Shown here: positions 40,236 to 55,000 of the stretch, in pieces
Numbering within the stretch: position 1 is the stretch's first letter
Layout of the letters: every line of letters begins with the position of its first letter
Source of the DNA: Paramecium tetraurelia
Lineage: Eukaryota
NCBI GenBank assembly: GCA_000165425.1
Contig: CT868027.1
Location: 186,001-250,000, forward strand
Direction: 5' to 3'
Length of the DNA: 64,000 nucleotides
The notes under the pieces: generated by a model
The model's input: only the letters and a program-made list of their open reading frames with translations
Told to the model about the DNA's origin: nothing
Database searches by the model: none
Translations under genes and position numbers: made by a program

Positions 40236-41120
40236 ATGTAAGGAAACAATGCAACTGAAAAAAAGGTAATAGAGTTAAAAGAAGTATCTCTAAACCAGGA
40301 ACAGATCGGATCAATATTGAAATAATAATAAAAAGATTTTAGACAATATAGCGTTGATAAAAGGAAGTCTCTAATATTATAAAGAATTGAAGATATTAAG
40401 AAGGACAGAATGCTTAAATCTGATGGAACAGTGCATCATTCTGAAGATTTTAGAAAAGCAAACAAAGCACTAGAATATTTCTAACCTGAATTCCCAATCC
40501 TTAAATTTCCCGTATTAAACATCTGTATTTTAGGAAGACACTGTGTTAAACACTTATGATAAAACTAAAAGATGGCTGAAAGAATTCGATTTCCCTAATA
40601 AAAAATAATATTGGCAAGAGTTTAAAAAGAGAGACTTTAAACATTATCCAGGATAGCCTTTTAGTTATGCACCAGGAGTTCCTACCTATTTTGAGGAATT
40701 CAAGGCGTACCATTACATAGAACATGAAGAATCTTAAGTTGAAAAATATCAACGACTCTAATAGTACAATATTTTATATCATCCAGGAAAAAAGTATTAT
40801 ATGTTTAACCAACAAAAGTAGTTGGAGGTGAATTTAGTAGACCCATTTTTGATAGGACTCATGTCCATGTAGAATTAAATCCTATTCATTAAGTGCAATA
40901 TCTACCTAATCCTATTTCAGCAGATTCAACAGACTATAGATAGTTAAGTAGATAATCAATAAAATCTAAATTGAATGACATGCAAAGAGTTAAACCATTT
41001 ACCTCATGTAGTACGAGAAGTTAGATATTTTAATAAAAGTACAAACCGTTGAATGCTGAAAGGACTTAGGAGACAGCGAAATCTTCTAAAAAACCTAATG
41101 ATGATGATTTTGATATTTGA
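40236..41120 (+). CDS. Hypothetical protein
   Basis: Table-6 ORF from ATG 40236 to ...DDDFDI-TGA; no recognisable domain. Confidence 0.6.
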
Positions 41121-41145
41121 TAAATATGTATTTATAGATATTATC

Positions 41146-42608
<1,463 letters not shown>

Positions 42609-42810
42609 AGTGTATATTTTTAATTTAAATTAATACACCAGTATTGATAATTTTATTCAAATAAATAGTAATTTAATTGTCATTCTCAATATACAAAAGT
42701 TTATAAATCGCATTAAGGTAACTCAGGCTGAAATAATTTCATTATATTTCTTTGACTGGATTAAAATTTAAAATAATAAAAATATCATACAATTTATAAA
42801 ATTTTGGTTA

Positions 42811-43793
42811 ATGCAAAACTATGAAATAGGAATTCCGATTATAATTGAAGCATGTATTGGAATAGCTTCTTCTTTATTCTTCATACTCGACATTTCGATT
42901 CATTATACGATGAAACTATATCAATTGGAATTGGGGATCTTATATACTAATTTGATGCAGTCTATAAGTAAATAAAACCTCATGATTTTAAGTCACCATA
43001 CTATTAATTCTTGACTTTAACAATTAAATGTGCATTTGGACATTGTTTTTAGAACAATGTTTGACTCTTTCAAGTTTTCTTTGGACCATCTTGATTTTAT
43101 AAAAAAGTTGTTTACTGACTAGATACCCAATTTAAATAGCTTTAGAATATCTAAAGACTAATTAATTTACAGTATTAATTATTAAATCCAGCTCTAAGCT
43201 ATAATTGCATTTGGATTGCCAATAATCGCTTCATCATTAATTTTTGTAAAATTAAATATTTGTCAACTTGATACGCTCACATAAGTTTCGACAAAACTAT
43301 TCTGGGCAATACAATCGATTTTAACAATAATATTCATTGGAATAATCGCCTATCATATCATAAGGGTTCATTTGAATTGCAAGTTTGTAAAGAATATAGA
43401 ATAAATTAAGGCCAAATTATACTTAGAAATTTTATACTGCCCCATAATATTACTGTTTTCATTACCGTGGATTGTGTATACAATTTTCAATTTTGAATTA
43501 GATAATTCTGAGGATGTGAAAATCCTTCAAGGTAATTATGAAAATCTAAACTAAAGGGTTATTTCTTTTAAAAAACTCGTAAATGATTTTCAGTACTTTT
43601 CTTTTTGGATAAAATTCGGCATTCCAAGTGGCTTTCCTTGAAAATGCATGCCCAATTTTAAGAAAAACTTATTTGGCAAAATATGATTTTGAAAAAAAGT
43701 ATCAAATTCAATATCAAATTTAGAAATAATTAGTCATAAACTTTAAACATCGAAATTTGTAATACTTTATGTGCACAATTATTGATAAAATGA
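42811..43793 (+). CDS. Multi-pass membrane protein, cAMP-receptor/GCR1-like GPCR-type (tentative)
   Basis: Hydrophobic helices; MCIWTLFLEQCLTLSSFLWTILI and AFGLPIIASSLIF resemble CAR-family TM3/TM4. Confidence 0.5.
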
Positions 43794-43826
43794 TTATAAA
43801 TTATAATTTATTAAATAAAATAATTA

Positions 43827-44838
43827 ATGGAGTTTATTCAAAGCTTATTATCATTAATTGGTAATATTGTTATTGTTGCTTTAATGTTGACAATTGGACT
43901 CTTGGTGTTACTCTACTTCCAATAGAACTCATTAATATATTTGCCATGTTTAATTTATTCCTAATTTAATAAGCATTCTAAGGATTCCCCCAAAGTCCTA
44001 GTTAAAATATGAATGGACTCAGGAATCCTTCTGAGAGAAATTTATAATATGAAGATGTAGAGATTGGAACACTAGATAGATAAAAATTAAAAGGATGGCT
44101 CATTAAATAGAATGACAGTTCAAATGTGCCTACAGTGATATTTTTTCATGAAAATGCTGGAAGTATTTTATAATTTAATATTCATTTCAGATATTGGAAC
44201 TAGATTGCAATTTTTAGAATTGTATTTTCAAAATGTGAAATGCAATATATTGATCATTGCATATAGAGGATATTCAGATAGTACAGGAAAGCCCTCGGAA
44301 TAAGGTCTTAAATTAGATGGAGAATCTATAGTTAATTATTTATTTCATAGAAATGATATTGATCACTCAAAAATATTCGTACATGGCAAGTCTTTAGGTG
44401 GAGCAGTAGCCTGTCATGCTATGACTTAAAATATCGCAAAAGGCGTCAGAGGAGTTATATTAGAAAATACTTTTACATCAATGGGTGATATGGTTGATGT
44501 CATCTTTCCTAAATTGAGGTTTTTTAAATCATTACTTCTTAATAATCGTTGGTTGTCAATTTAAAAGGTTGGTCAGATTACATAGCCAATACTATTTATT
44601 TATTGTAATTTGTGATGATTATATGATTTTAGCAATGAAAGACGAAATCGTACCAGTGCAACATATGGCGTAATTACAAAATGCAGCCTAGAGAGCAAAA
44701 TTTATTGAAAAGGTATTTCATTTTATTATTTTAAAGTTTGTGATCGAAGATGGTGATCATAATACTAATTGGTTTAGAGAACCAGAAAAGTACTTTAATT
44801 CAATTTCAAGTTTCATCAATAAAGCCATTACATCATGA
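43827..44838 (+). CDS. Alpha/beta hydrolase ABHD13/BEM46-like
   Basis: N-terminal TM, FQQNSLIY, VIFFHENAG, YRGYSDSTGKPSE, nucleophile elbow GKSLGG, ENTFTS, GDHN. Confidence 0.9.
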
Positions 44839-44856
44839 TTATATATTATAAATTAA

Positions 44857-47710
44857 ATGCAATAAAAATATTGTGATGAATGTGAAGAAACTAGAGCCAA
44901 GATAAATTGTAATTAATGTGGACAAATTCTATGCGAGCAATGTGACAAAAAAATACATAATAAAGGAAAAAGAGTTTATCATTCTAGAGAACTAATCGAA
45001 TCATCAGATTCGATCGAATCAAACAAAATCAAATAGGATGCTCATGTGATTAGACATGAACAACACAAGGAAAGGTTTAAATAAATAAACAGCAGTTTGC
45101 CATCTGTTGATGTTGTTAACTTCAATCTAATTAATATCTAGGCGGAAACACCTATGATTTTTTAGAATGAGTATTTTTATCCTTTTATTAAAGTTCTATT
45201 TTAGCTAAAATTGAGCATCACTTATTCAAACAGGCAAATAAAGGAGACCTGATGATTCATTTAAACGATTTTTAGAAATTTTTAAAATAGAATGAAATCT
45301 ATAAAATCAATCAGTAAGAATCAATTAACATTTAGATCAAAAGATATCATATAATAATTAGAGAAATTGAAAATGATTAATGTTACTATTAGAAAATTTG
45401 GGGACAGTGACCCAATTTAGTTTATTAGTCTTCAGTTAGATCATATTAGTTTATAATCATTATATTGGGTTTTATTAAATATTAGGAAAGATGAGATGAC
45501 TCCAACCGATAAATTAGTAATGAGTAGGATTAAGGAATGCTATGGTTTAAAACTCAATATTTAAGATTGGAACCATTATTTGGCTGGATTCTACAAGTTG
45601 CAAGATTCTAATGGATTAATTTAGTTTAATGTGAAAAAATATAAACAGAATAAGTGGATTGATGAAAAATGCATAATTAAAATGACCAAATGTCCTATTG
45701 ATTTAGTGAATAAATCAGAAAATAATAATGCTTCTCTATCAGCTTCTTAATAAATTAATAATGAATCACTACTATTATTTACTATAGAGGACAATATCAA
45801 TTGGAAAATGATGGATGCTCAATAAATGAATTCCATTTATAAGAGTTAATGGAGATCATTTATATAATTTTTAAAAGATTTTTTTGACACCAATCTTACT
45901 TTGAATACAAGTCAAAACACTTAGTCATTTGGAGATTTAAATTAATCTGATTATTAGTCATAATCATCCAAGTAAAGTGGAACCTAATCAGTACCAACTT
46001 AAAAAAACTAAGATAATTCAAAGTGGATTAGAAGTGTTGAATCTGGATTACAAAATGGCCAGAAGAGTCAGGAATAATATCACAATCAAAGCTATTCTTC
46101 CAATGTTACATAAAAGTATTATCAATTAATATAAGTAGAAAAAGAAGTAAAAAGAGTTAAATTAAACCACCAAAATCTATTTAAAAAGCTATACCTGGAG
46201 GTAAATATGGATGTGCATAGCTTTTAAAATGTTGTGGGCCACTAGAATTAAGAGTTTGTTCTTTGGGTGTTTTATGTCTAATGATATAGGAAGCCATTAA
46301 CAGGAATGTCCTAATATACTATAAAACCTTATTAATTAAACCAAATACTAATATAGCTTTTGATTTCAATGATTTCTTAAATATCTTTGATGATTAATTT
46401 TAAGATTAATTCATCCTTTAAAATATTTTAGGGAATGAAGAAAATCAATAACTTTCTGTTGATAAATAATAACAATAGCATGAAAAATAAAATAAATTAA
46501 AAGCTGTTCAATAGGCAATAATAGATATTCTAAATGAATACACTAAAGGTGTTAGTTTAGCAAGATTGCCAAAGATGATTTAACGCAAAATTTAATTTAC
46601 TTTTGATTTGCATGAACTTGGATTCACTAAATTAAAATGCTTAATTCAAGGTATTGATGGGATTAGTATAATAAATGATGGGACTACTTATGCTTCACTT
46701 ATTTTAGATGAGTATTATGATGACACAAATGATATGAAATAAGAATAAGAAGATGATCAATAAGTGAAAATTGATTTAAAATACTTTTAAAAGTAATCCT
46801 TGTAATAATAACAAAGTTAATCTAATCCATAATAATAAACATAGCAATAATAATAATAATAATAGTAGCAACAGATGTAGTTTCTATCTCCAATCCATGT
46901 ATCTGAATATTAATTAAAAATTGAAGTAAATATTTATCTTAATTTATAGCAAGCCTTAAAATAAATCCTTAATTAGTATAGTAATGGAATTCCAGCATCT
47001 TAACTTCTATAAATACTTTAACTGCATATATAAAATACATTCGAATATACCCAATTTGGCTGTTCAACTTTTGAAGAATATATGGTAAAATATGCTGAAA
47101 ACTATTGTGATGTAATGATTAAGATGAAAGGTTGCATCATATATCCAAAAGGATATTCATCATTTAGGTCTGCTATTCCATAATAGAAAATGTAACTTGG
47201 AATTCATCATTAAAAATCTCAGTCGACTACCCTTCCAAGTTATGCTCAATAATAAAGTAATAGTAGTAGCTAAATTATTAAAGCCGATAGTAATTTTAGA
47301 TTTATAATTTAGGCTTTTTAGCAGGTATGTAAAATCCTAGTCAAATGATTGGAGATGTGTAATCTCAATCCTTGACATTTCAATCATTTCAAACCTACCC
47401 TTAAAATAAAGACTTTTTTATGATTTAAGAAGAAAATAGTCATCATGAACTAGACGCTAATGTTAGATTTATAGAAGAACTATTAAAAGAGTCAGATGAT
47501 GTAGAATAACAGAAACATAAAGTTTAAAGAAGTCACTAAACACATTAAGACAGTAAATAATTTTAGAGTTTGGGGCAATGGCCAAATTTAAATTCTAACG
47601 AGAAAAGATGCCATAATAAATATAATACTTATTAATATAGTCCTCAATAAGACTTTTACTAGGGATAAAAAATATCATTAGATCTTCACAGTTGGGATCA
47701 AGATAACTGA
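44857..47710 (+). CDS. B-box zinc finger, OHA-like domain and two OST-HTH/LOTUS domains
   Basis: CDECEE..CNQC..LCEQCDKKIH..H; GGKYGCAQLLK..SLGVL..IQEAI; GVSLARLP..FDLHELGFTKLKCLI; GIPASQL..FEYTQFGCSTFEEYM; TGA 47708-47710. Confidence 0.82.
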
Positions 47711-47732
47711 TAATGTATATATAAAATTATAA

Positions 47733-48823
47733 TCAATTGATAAATATAAAATAAAGAATTATAAAAATGATGACGACTATTAATTAAGTGAATGGAGGCT
47801 TAGGATGATCATTTGGAACTACAAATATTATCCCACCATGTCTAAAGGGGACTAATTTATTAAGATGTTATTCTGCCAGTTTTAATCTTTTTAGGGCAGT
47901 CTAAGATATTATTTGATGTTTTTGATGATTTGAAATCGACAGCATTGTTGGCAAGCAATAAGATAATTTCATTAGATTTTTTGGATCACATTCTTACAAA
48001 TACTCAAACAAACTTAGATATAAAAAGCTTATACCCACATTATTGTAGCTTTTAGTAAACTTCCTATTCAATAGAATCTAAATTAAATTGTTTATTAAAG
48101 AGTTTTTCAATTTTAATTTTAACTCTATGTCTGATTTCATTCATCTCAATTTAATCATCTTCAAGTATCAAAGTATCCTCAATTTCTACTTTCCCTTAGC
48201 AAACAGGAAGTATTATTTCCTTTTTTTCTTTACTTCCAAATTGATCAATGCTATCAATAATAAACGCTTGATGTGTTGTTTACAAATTTTGCACTTTTTC
48301 CTAAATAAATGCGTATATGTATATATTATTATTGATTATTGAAACTCGATCAATTCTTGCCTTAAATTATGCTTTTTAAATTTCATTTTGTAAATATACT
48401 TCTGCATTATTGAAACAACCAAAATAATCATTACAAGACAAATTGCTATCAGGTATTTTAAATATTTGTAGTTTCAAAAATGCATATGGAAATAGATCTT
48501 GCTTTGTTTTAAGAAGAATATGATTGGCTGAGTCGACTTATTATTATTTTTATTCATCCTGTTCTGGAGAGCGATTTTACATTTTTATTATTTCGTGAAT
48601 TATTACGCTTACTTTAAAACTATTAGGGGTAGTTTATATGTAAGATCTAAATTGTAAATTACTACAAAAACCTGCATTATGGGCAACAAGGCATTGTACA
48701 TAATGACCTATACATGCAATCAAAACAATAGGTATGCCCACATGTTAGAGTAACTGGCTGACTAAATTATTATCTACATATTGAGCACTCCAATAATAAA
48801 TCAATATTATGCTGATCATACAT
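47733..48823 (-). CDS. RING-HC finger protein, possible LON substrate-binding-like middle region, C-terminal TM anchor
   Basis: LECSICRQQFSQPVTLTCGHTYCFDC...CPQCR; C-terminus LIVVIIFIILYFIFIN-TGA. Confidence 0.8.
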
Positions 48824-49045
48824 TATCTATTCTAATAATATTATACAAATTTTGATAAATTTATATGTATATTTTTCAAATTATTAGAATGTAAAAAGCA
48901 TGTTTATATATAACTATGATATAAATATTAATCAATTTGTCTTGTTTAAACAGTGGCTATATCTTTGTTTCAAATAAAGCCGAGCTGGTAAATAGAATGA
49001 TATTTCTTAAGACCATATAAAAAATGCTTTAATAAAATAATTAAA

Positions 49046-52000
49046 ATGTTTAGTTTTAAGCCTGTGAAGTGGTTTTCATCTCTTCTTTTATCAAAGGTAA
49101 CACTTAAATAGTAACTTTTGTTAGTTTCTCAAACCATATATAAAAAATTTTGAATCTTAGAATATAGATGTTTAAATTTTAGATGGAGAAGTTTGTTTGA
49201 AATAACTGGAGTTGAGAAATGATATATTGATGCAATTTGGTATTGATATAGAAGTGATTGATTCATCTTTTGGAGAAGTCAAATTGATAATTCCATGGAA
49301 CAATTTAAAAACAAAAGGAATAAGTGTAGAAATAACAAATGCAAAAATTGTTCTATCCAATAAAATTGAGATGAGTGATTTTAACAAAGAGTAGTACAAA
49401 GACCATTTAGAAAAACTAAAAAGAGAAGTGCTGGCCAAATTTGACGAAACCGTTTAGAAAGAAGATGCATTTTCAAATGGCTCATCAGGAAATAACTTTT
49501 TTGCTGATTTTGCAATAAAAATATTTGAGAAGTTTGTTCTCAAAATAAACAACCTAGATATAGTATTCATTTATCAAATCAATAACTATGAAATTGTAAA
49601 ATTTGGATTTGGATTTTAAAGTTTGCTTATAAATCAAGATGATATTAAACCTAAGAAAGATGAAATTCGGAAAAAAATAGTAGCAGATAACATCTTTTTA
49701 CTATTTGAAGTATTTGACAATGTTCTCCCTTCTCAATTACAACCTGAATCCTTCATTCCGGATTAAAATTAATCGAAATAAGAGGAAAAGAAAGCTATTC
49801 ATATTCTTAAGAAACTAGCTCTCAAAATAGAATTTAGCTTAGTATTTTCTGAATAAATGGAGATAGAATTAAAAATAGCTACAATCTCTGATGTTCTCAT
49901 TTACTTAAAACAAAGACAAATCAGATTATTATTAAGGGCAATGCAAGATATTGTTAATCATCGTAATGATAGACCAAAAGAAAAGCCTAAATATGGGAAA
50001 ACTGCAAAAAATTGGTGGGTTTACATCATCAGAAGAGTAATTGAAAAAGAATATATTCGAACAAAAGTAAGAAAATAAGGAATAACTAATTACTTTAAAG
50101 TCTAATAATATATCGAATTATATACAAAGAAAATGTTAAAATAACATGATGCAAAAAGAGATAATAAACTAATGGGAGATTTTGAATAAAAAAATACTAT
50201 TTCTTAAATTTTAATTTTGAGAAGTATTGCGATAGATAAAATTCTTGAAATGAGAAATATATTGCGATCTAATAATCCAAAAGATCAAAAAGTATAAAAA
50301 GAAGCTCAAGGATGGTTTAAGAGATTTTAAAATGATTTTAACATGGAACATGCAAGTAATTTAAAGTTTAGTAGAAATGTTATTGATTCATACTTATCTT
50401 TCATGAAAGAAAAGGAAAGTAATACAAGAGTTTCTATCATTTTGGATGTTAAAAAGATAAATTTATTAATCTAAGAGAATTAAATTCTGTAATAATTAAG
50501 AAATCTCCATTAGCAAGTTAATATATTCAAATAAGAATTAAATTAGAAAAAGTCACTTTAGACAAAAGTTTTGGACCATATTAAAAATAACTTTCTCTAA
50601 AAAATTACTAAAGTCACAGTCAAATCATCCGAAATAAATAAATAAGAAGATTGGAAATTAGATGAACTGTTGAAAGAAAAAATATTAATTAATTTAGAAA
50701 TAACTGAAACAAAATTAGAATTAGTAAAATAAGGTTAATTTAAATAATTAGTAAAAGCTTAGATCCAAAAGTTAATCCTATTAGATACTAATAAATTCAA
50801 CAGTCATTATTTAAAAATTGTTGAAATTTCAGAAGGAATTAAAGTATTAATGAGTTCAGAACAATTGGAAAGATAAAAGAAGATCCTTGATTTGGATCCT
50901 TTAGAAAAGACAATACAGGTCTATTTAGATATTCAAGTAGGTCCACTTAGTATCACACTTTGCAAACCTCTTTATGAAAGATTGATATCATTACAAAATT
51001 TAATATTTTTCGATAAATCTACTGTTCAGAATGATAATTAAGAACATTCAAAATATTTTGACAACTTTTTAATATTAACAAAAAGAGTTTAATCTAACAC
51101 AAATGTCTCTTTTTCTATAAGCAGAATAAATATTTACTTGCCACTTTAATATTAAATAAAGACACAAATGTTATTGATACATCTGAAACAAATTAAAATA
51201 TTTAAAAGAGAACATGAAAACAGTGTTGTTAATATTTACCCTGCTGAAAATTCTAATGGATAAGTTAGTTAATATCTTAAGGATTTAAAAACAAGGTAAA
51301 CTGTTAATAGAGTAGCATAATAAAATCAAAACTTAGAGGAAAATTAAAATTTAAAACCTGTGTACTTTTCTGTTGATTGCTTAAGATTAGCATTTGTATA
51401 AGACTATGATTGGGAGAATAAGGAAAATATTTTTAAAATATAATATAGGAAATTAAGAAAAAATGAATAACAGAATGGAGATCCTGGAATTGAAACCATT
51501 ATTGAAACACTTCCAATAAAAATCAGAATGGAATAATCCTAAAAGATGATAACTTTAGAATCGAACAGAACAAAAAGTAGAAGTAAAATGACCTTCAAGA
51601 AAAAAATATATCCGAAAACATCAATGATAACTATTTAATTGCCGTTTTTGGATTTTAAACTTTCAACTAAGCATTTATTTTTAATATTGTAATTAGTTTC
51701 AATCTGGTAAACAAAAGGCTATGATTTTTATGATGTAATTGAAAGTAAAGTGTAAAAGTAGGAACATAAACAATAGCAATAATATATAAATGAAGATTGT
51801 TAAGAATAATTGAAAGACTATATGATTAGTTAATTGTAAGTTGATATGGAAGGTCTGCAATTGTCAGTTACCGTAAATACATAAGAGTTTTTAGAAAAAT
51901 TGGATAAGACTAGTTCCCATGAAAATCGGCTTTTTCTGTTTTACTTTTTAAATTTAAGTTATTTAAAGGAGGTTAAATTCTACGATAGCATTCAGCACCT

Positions 52001-55000
52001 AGCCATATAGGAGTTAGCTTTATAAAATATTAATTGCCATTCATATGATTTATAAAACCCATTGAAGGTTTTAGCTAAATAATTGCTGAAGTATTCGGAT
52101 AGTGAAAAAGAATAAAAGATCTCAAGTTTTGGAGAAGACTTAGAAAGGGTAATGAATTAATAGTCTGAAATAGAATAAGTTGCAAACTCAAAACTAAATG
52201 AAAATAAATCAAACATAAAGAACTCTAACAATGAGGGATAGTCTCCATAACAACAAAATGATAACGATGATTAGGTGTAAATAGTAGATGAAATTCCTCC
52301 GGATGAATTATAAGAAGAAGTAGCTCCTTAAACTATATTCTCTTAAAAAAAGGGTCAATTTTAGATTCCTTCCCCTAAGCATTCGTTTTTAGATAACAAT
52401 TTTCAAGAGGTTTTTGAAGGTGAACTATACATTAGAGAGTATTTTACTGATAAAAATTGCTAAAAATGTAAAGAAAAACATAGATTATTACTAACCTTTA
52501 TGAAAGTTCAAGATGATTTGGGTCCTGATGTCTACTTTCTATAGACAAGTGATTCGCAAAGATCAAGAGTGGTAATAAATTTAAAATAGTTAAACCTTAT
52601 TTTGGATCCAGATATAATAAAGAAAATGAGATTGATATTTGATATTGGGAATTTGGCAGCAGAAGTTAAAAAATAATAGTTTACAAAATGGATGAGGGAA
52701 AATGGATTTTGGCCTGATTTCAATGAAGTTGATAAAAAATAATAGTCAGAGACTCAAACTTGGAGTACAATAACAAGTGATTTATTTTAGGAGACAAATA
52801 GAATTGAATTGCAGATTAATTAAATAGTGCTGATGCTGAACTATGAAGATTAAGTAGTGTATTTAATGAATATGAAATTTATTGATACATAAATATCAAG
52901 TAGTTAGTTATTTAAAAATATCAATATAAAGATGCAACAAGTAAGACTATTTGATACAGCTGTCATTGGTGGAATCCATAGAACTATGTTAGAAGATTAT
53001 GATGAACAGAATGAAAATCAGATTTAATGCTAAATTTAAATTTGCAATAATCCAGATTTAATAAGAATAAGAAAATATGCTACATATTGTGGTGTAAGAA
53101 TTTAAAGAGCTAAGATTGTATTTTTGAAAAGGAATACAAATGAAATTTAATATTATTTGAGGAAAGTGCTCATTACATCTTTTTCAAGTGCCCTCACAGA
53201 TAAAGATAGAAATGAATTACTGAAAGTTACAGAGACTTAAAATCTAAGCTTTACGACTTAACCTAAAGATGTAGAGGTTGATTCTGAATTTGGGTTTAGA
53301 TTTTCTTTAGTCGCTTTAGACTCATTGGGAATCGGATATAGAAGTTCTTTATCAAATGAAGCATTATACATTTAATTCAAAAAGGTTGGCTATTGGTTTA
53401 GTGGAATCTGGGGTTAATAATATGATAACCTGATTAAAACAGGTTTGTTTGATGATGAAATAGAAGAATAATAAAATATTAGTGAAAATTTTGTAGAAGC
53501 TAAATATTTTGAGGAACCAGGAATGGCAGAAGAAACAATTTTTTAAGAAATAAATCAAGAATAGATGTAGGAGGAAGAAAATTTAGATTAAAGGGTTAGA
53601 TAAATTGTCTATGTATGGGGCTTAGAAGTTCGATGTTCCCCAGGAACAGACGTTAATGACTTATTTGTCAAAGCTCCAGAAGATAAAGTTTCATTGGAAT
53701 TATTTATAGACTTTTGTGATGAGACTCCAGATAAACTATTTTGCCTTTAAGAAGTGAAACCTATGAGAAGTATATTTTTCATTTATATCTTATAGTTTCA
53801 ATCGATATTTAAAAGCTAAATATATATGCTTATGATTTAGATTATTGTACTATTTGTAAGTTCTTTATGGATAATTTGGGAGAATAACCATAAACAATAA
53901 AAGGAAAATATGAATACAATGAATTTAATGAAAATATCTGGATGGTTTTAGATATAAACATCAATAAGGCTATAGCGAAGTTTTTCAAAGGAACTAGAGA
54001 AGATTGTAGGAGATATTATTAATAAAAAGGAATATCATAAGATTAATTAGACAAGAATTTGTTGTATAAAAATCCTGCTTCTATTGCTATAGCCAAATTA
54101 CAAACCCTAAATTACTAATTTATGATGAGGGAAAATGGAGCTAAATTTATGAGATTAAGCGTTCAATAATTGACGCTTTCTGATTTTAGGAAATCATCCA
54201 CTATGAAACATTCAAAGGAAATTCTGTTTTCACTTATAGGGGAATAATTTAAAGGAGATGAAGATTAATCCATGTCTGATACTAAATAAGAAGAATTCAA
54301 CAAAATTCAACTCAATCCTGTTGATGAACTTGATGTAGAATAAGTAGATTAAGATTTAAAAGAAAAAGAAAAAGAGAAAAATAAATAAGTCATAATAGAA
54401 TAGCAACAACCTAATTCTGCATTAGATGTAAAAGGTATTTAAAATGAGTAAGAGCAATAATCTCAATTGTTGCAATAATCATAAAATAAAAAAAAGAAAA
54501 AACTAAGCAAATGGTAAAGATTTGTTAAAAAGTTTAAAGAAGCATTATGTTGTAAAAAAAAAAATAGGAGAAATAATAATTCAAAGGGCAAAAATAAAAG
54601 TTCATAAGAAAATTTGTAAAACGAAAAAGAATAGTAGCAACTAATATAGGCAAAACTAGATTAGTTACTTGAATATGGTCCAGAACCAATGGAAGAAAGA
54701 AGGTGGCTAAATTTCAGAGAGAGACAAGTCTTACCAATCACTCTTGAAAATAATAATCATGCTGATGACAAGGATGATTATGATTATTATTTTGGTGATG
54801 ATAATCATGATATTACTAATCAGAAGCCTTATCAAAAAAGACAATAATAACAAAAAGAAGATTAATAAAAATAGGATTTATATTTTATAATGAAGACTAG
54901 GCCAGATGGAGAAAAATTAATCAAAATCAAACTTGAAAACAAAAATATTATTTTATTAATCGACTTTATTGTTGAAGTTGTTTAATTCTTCAGATAACCA

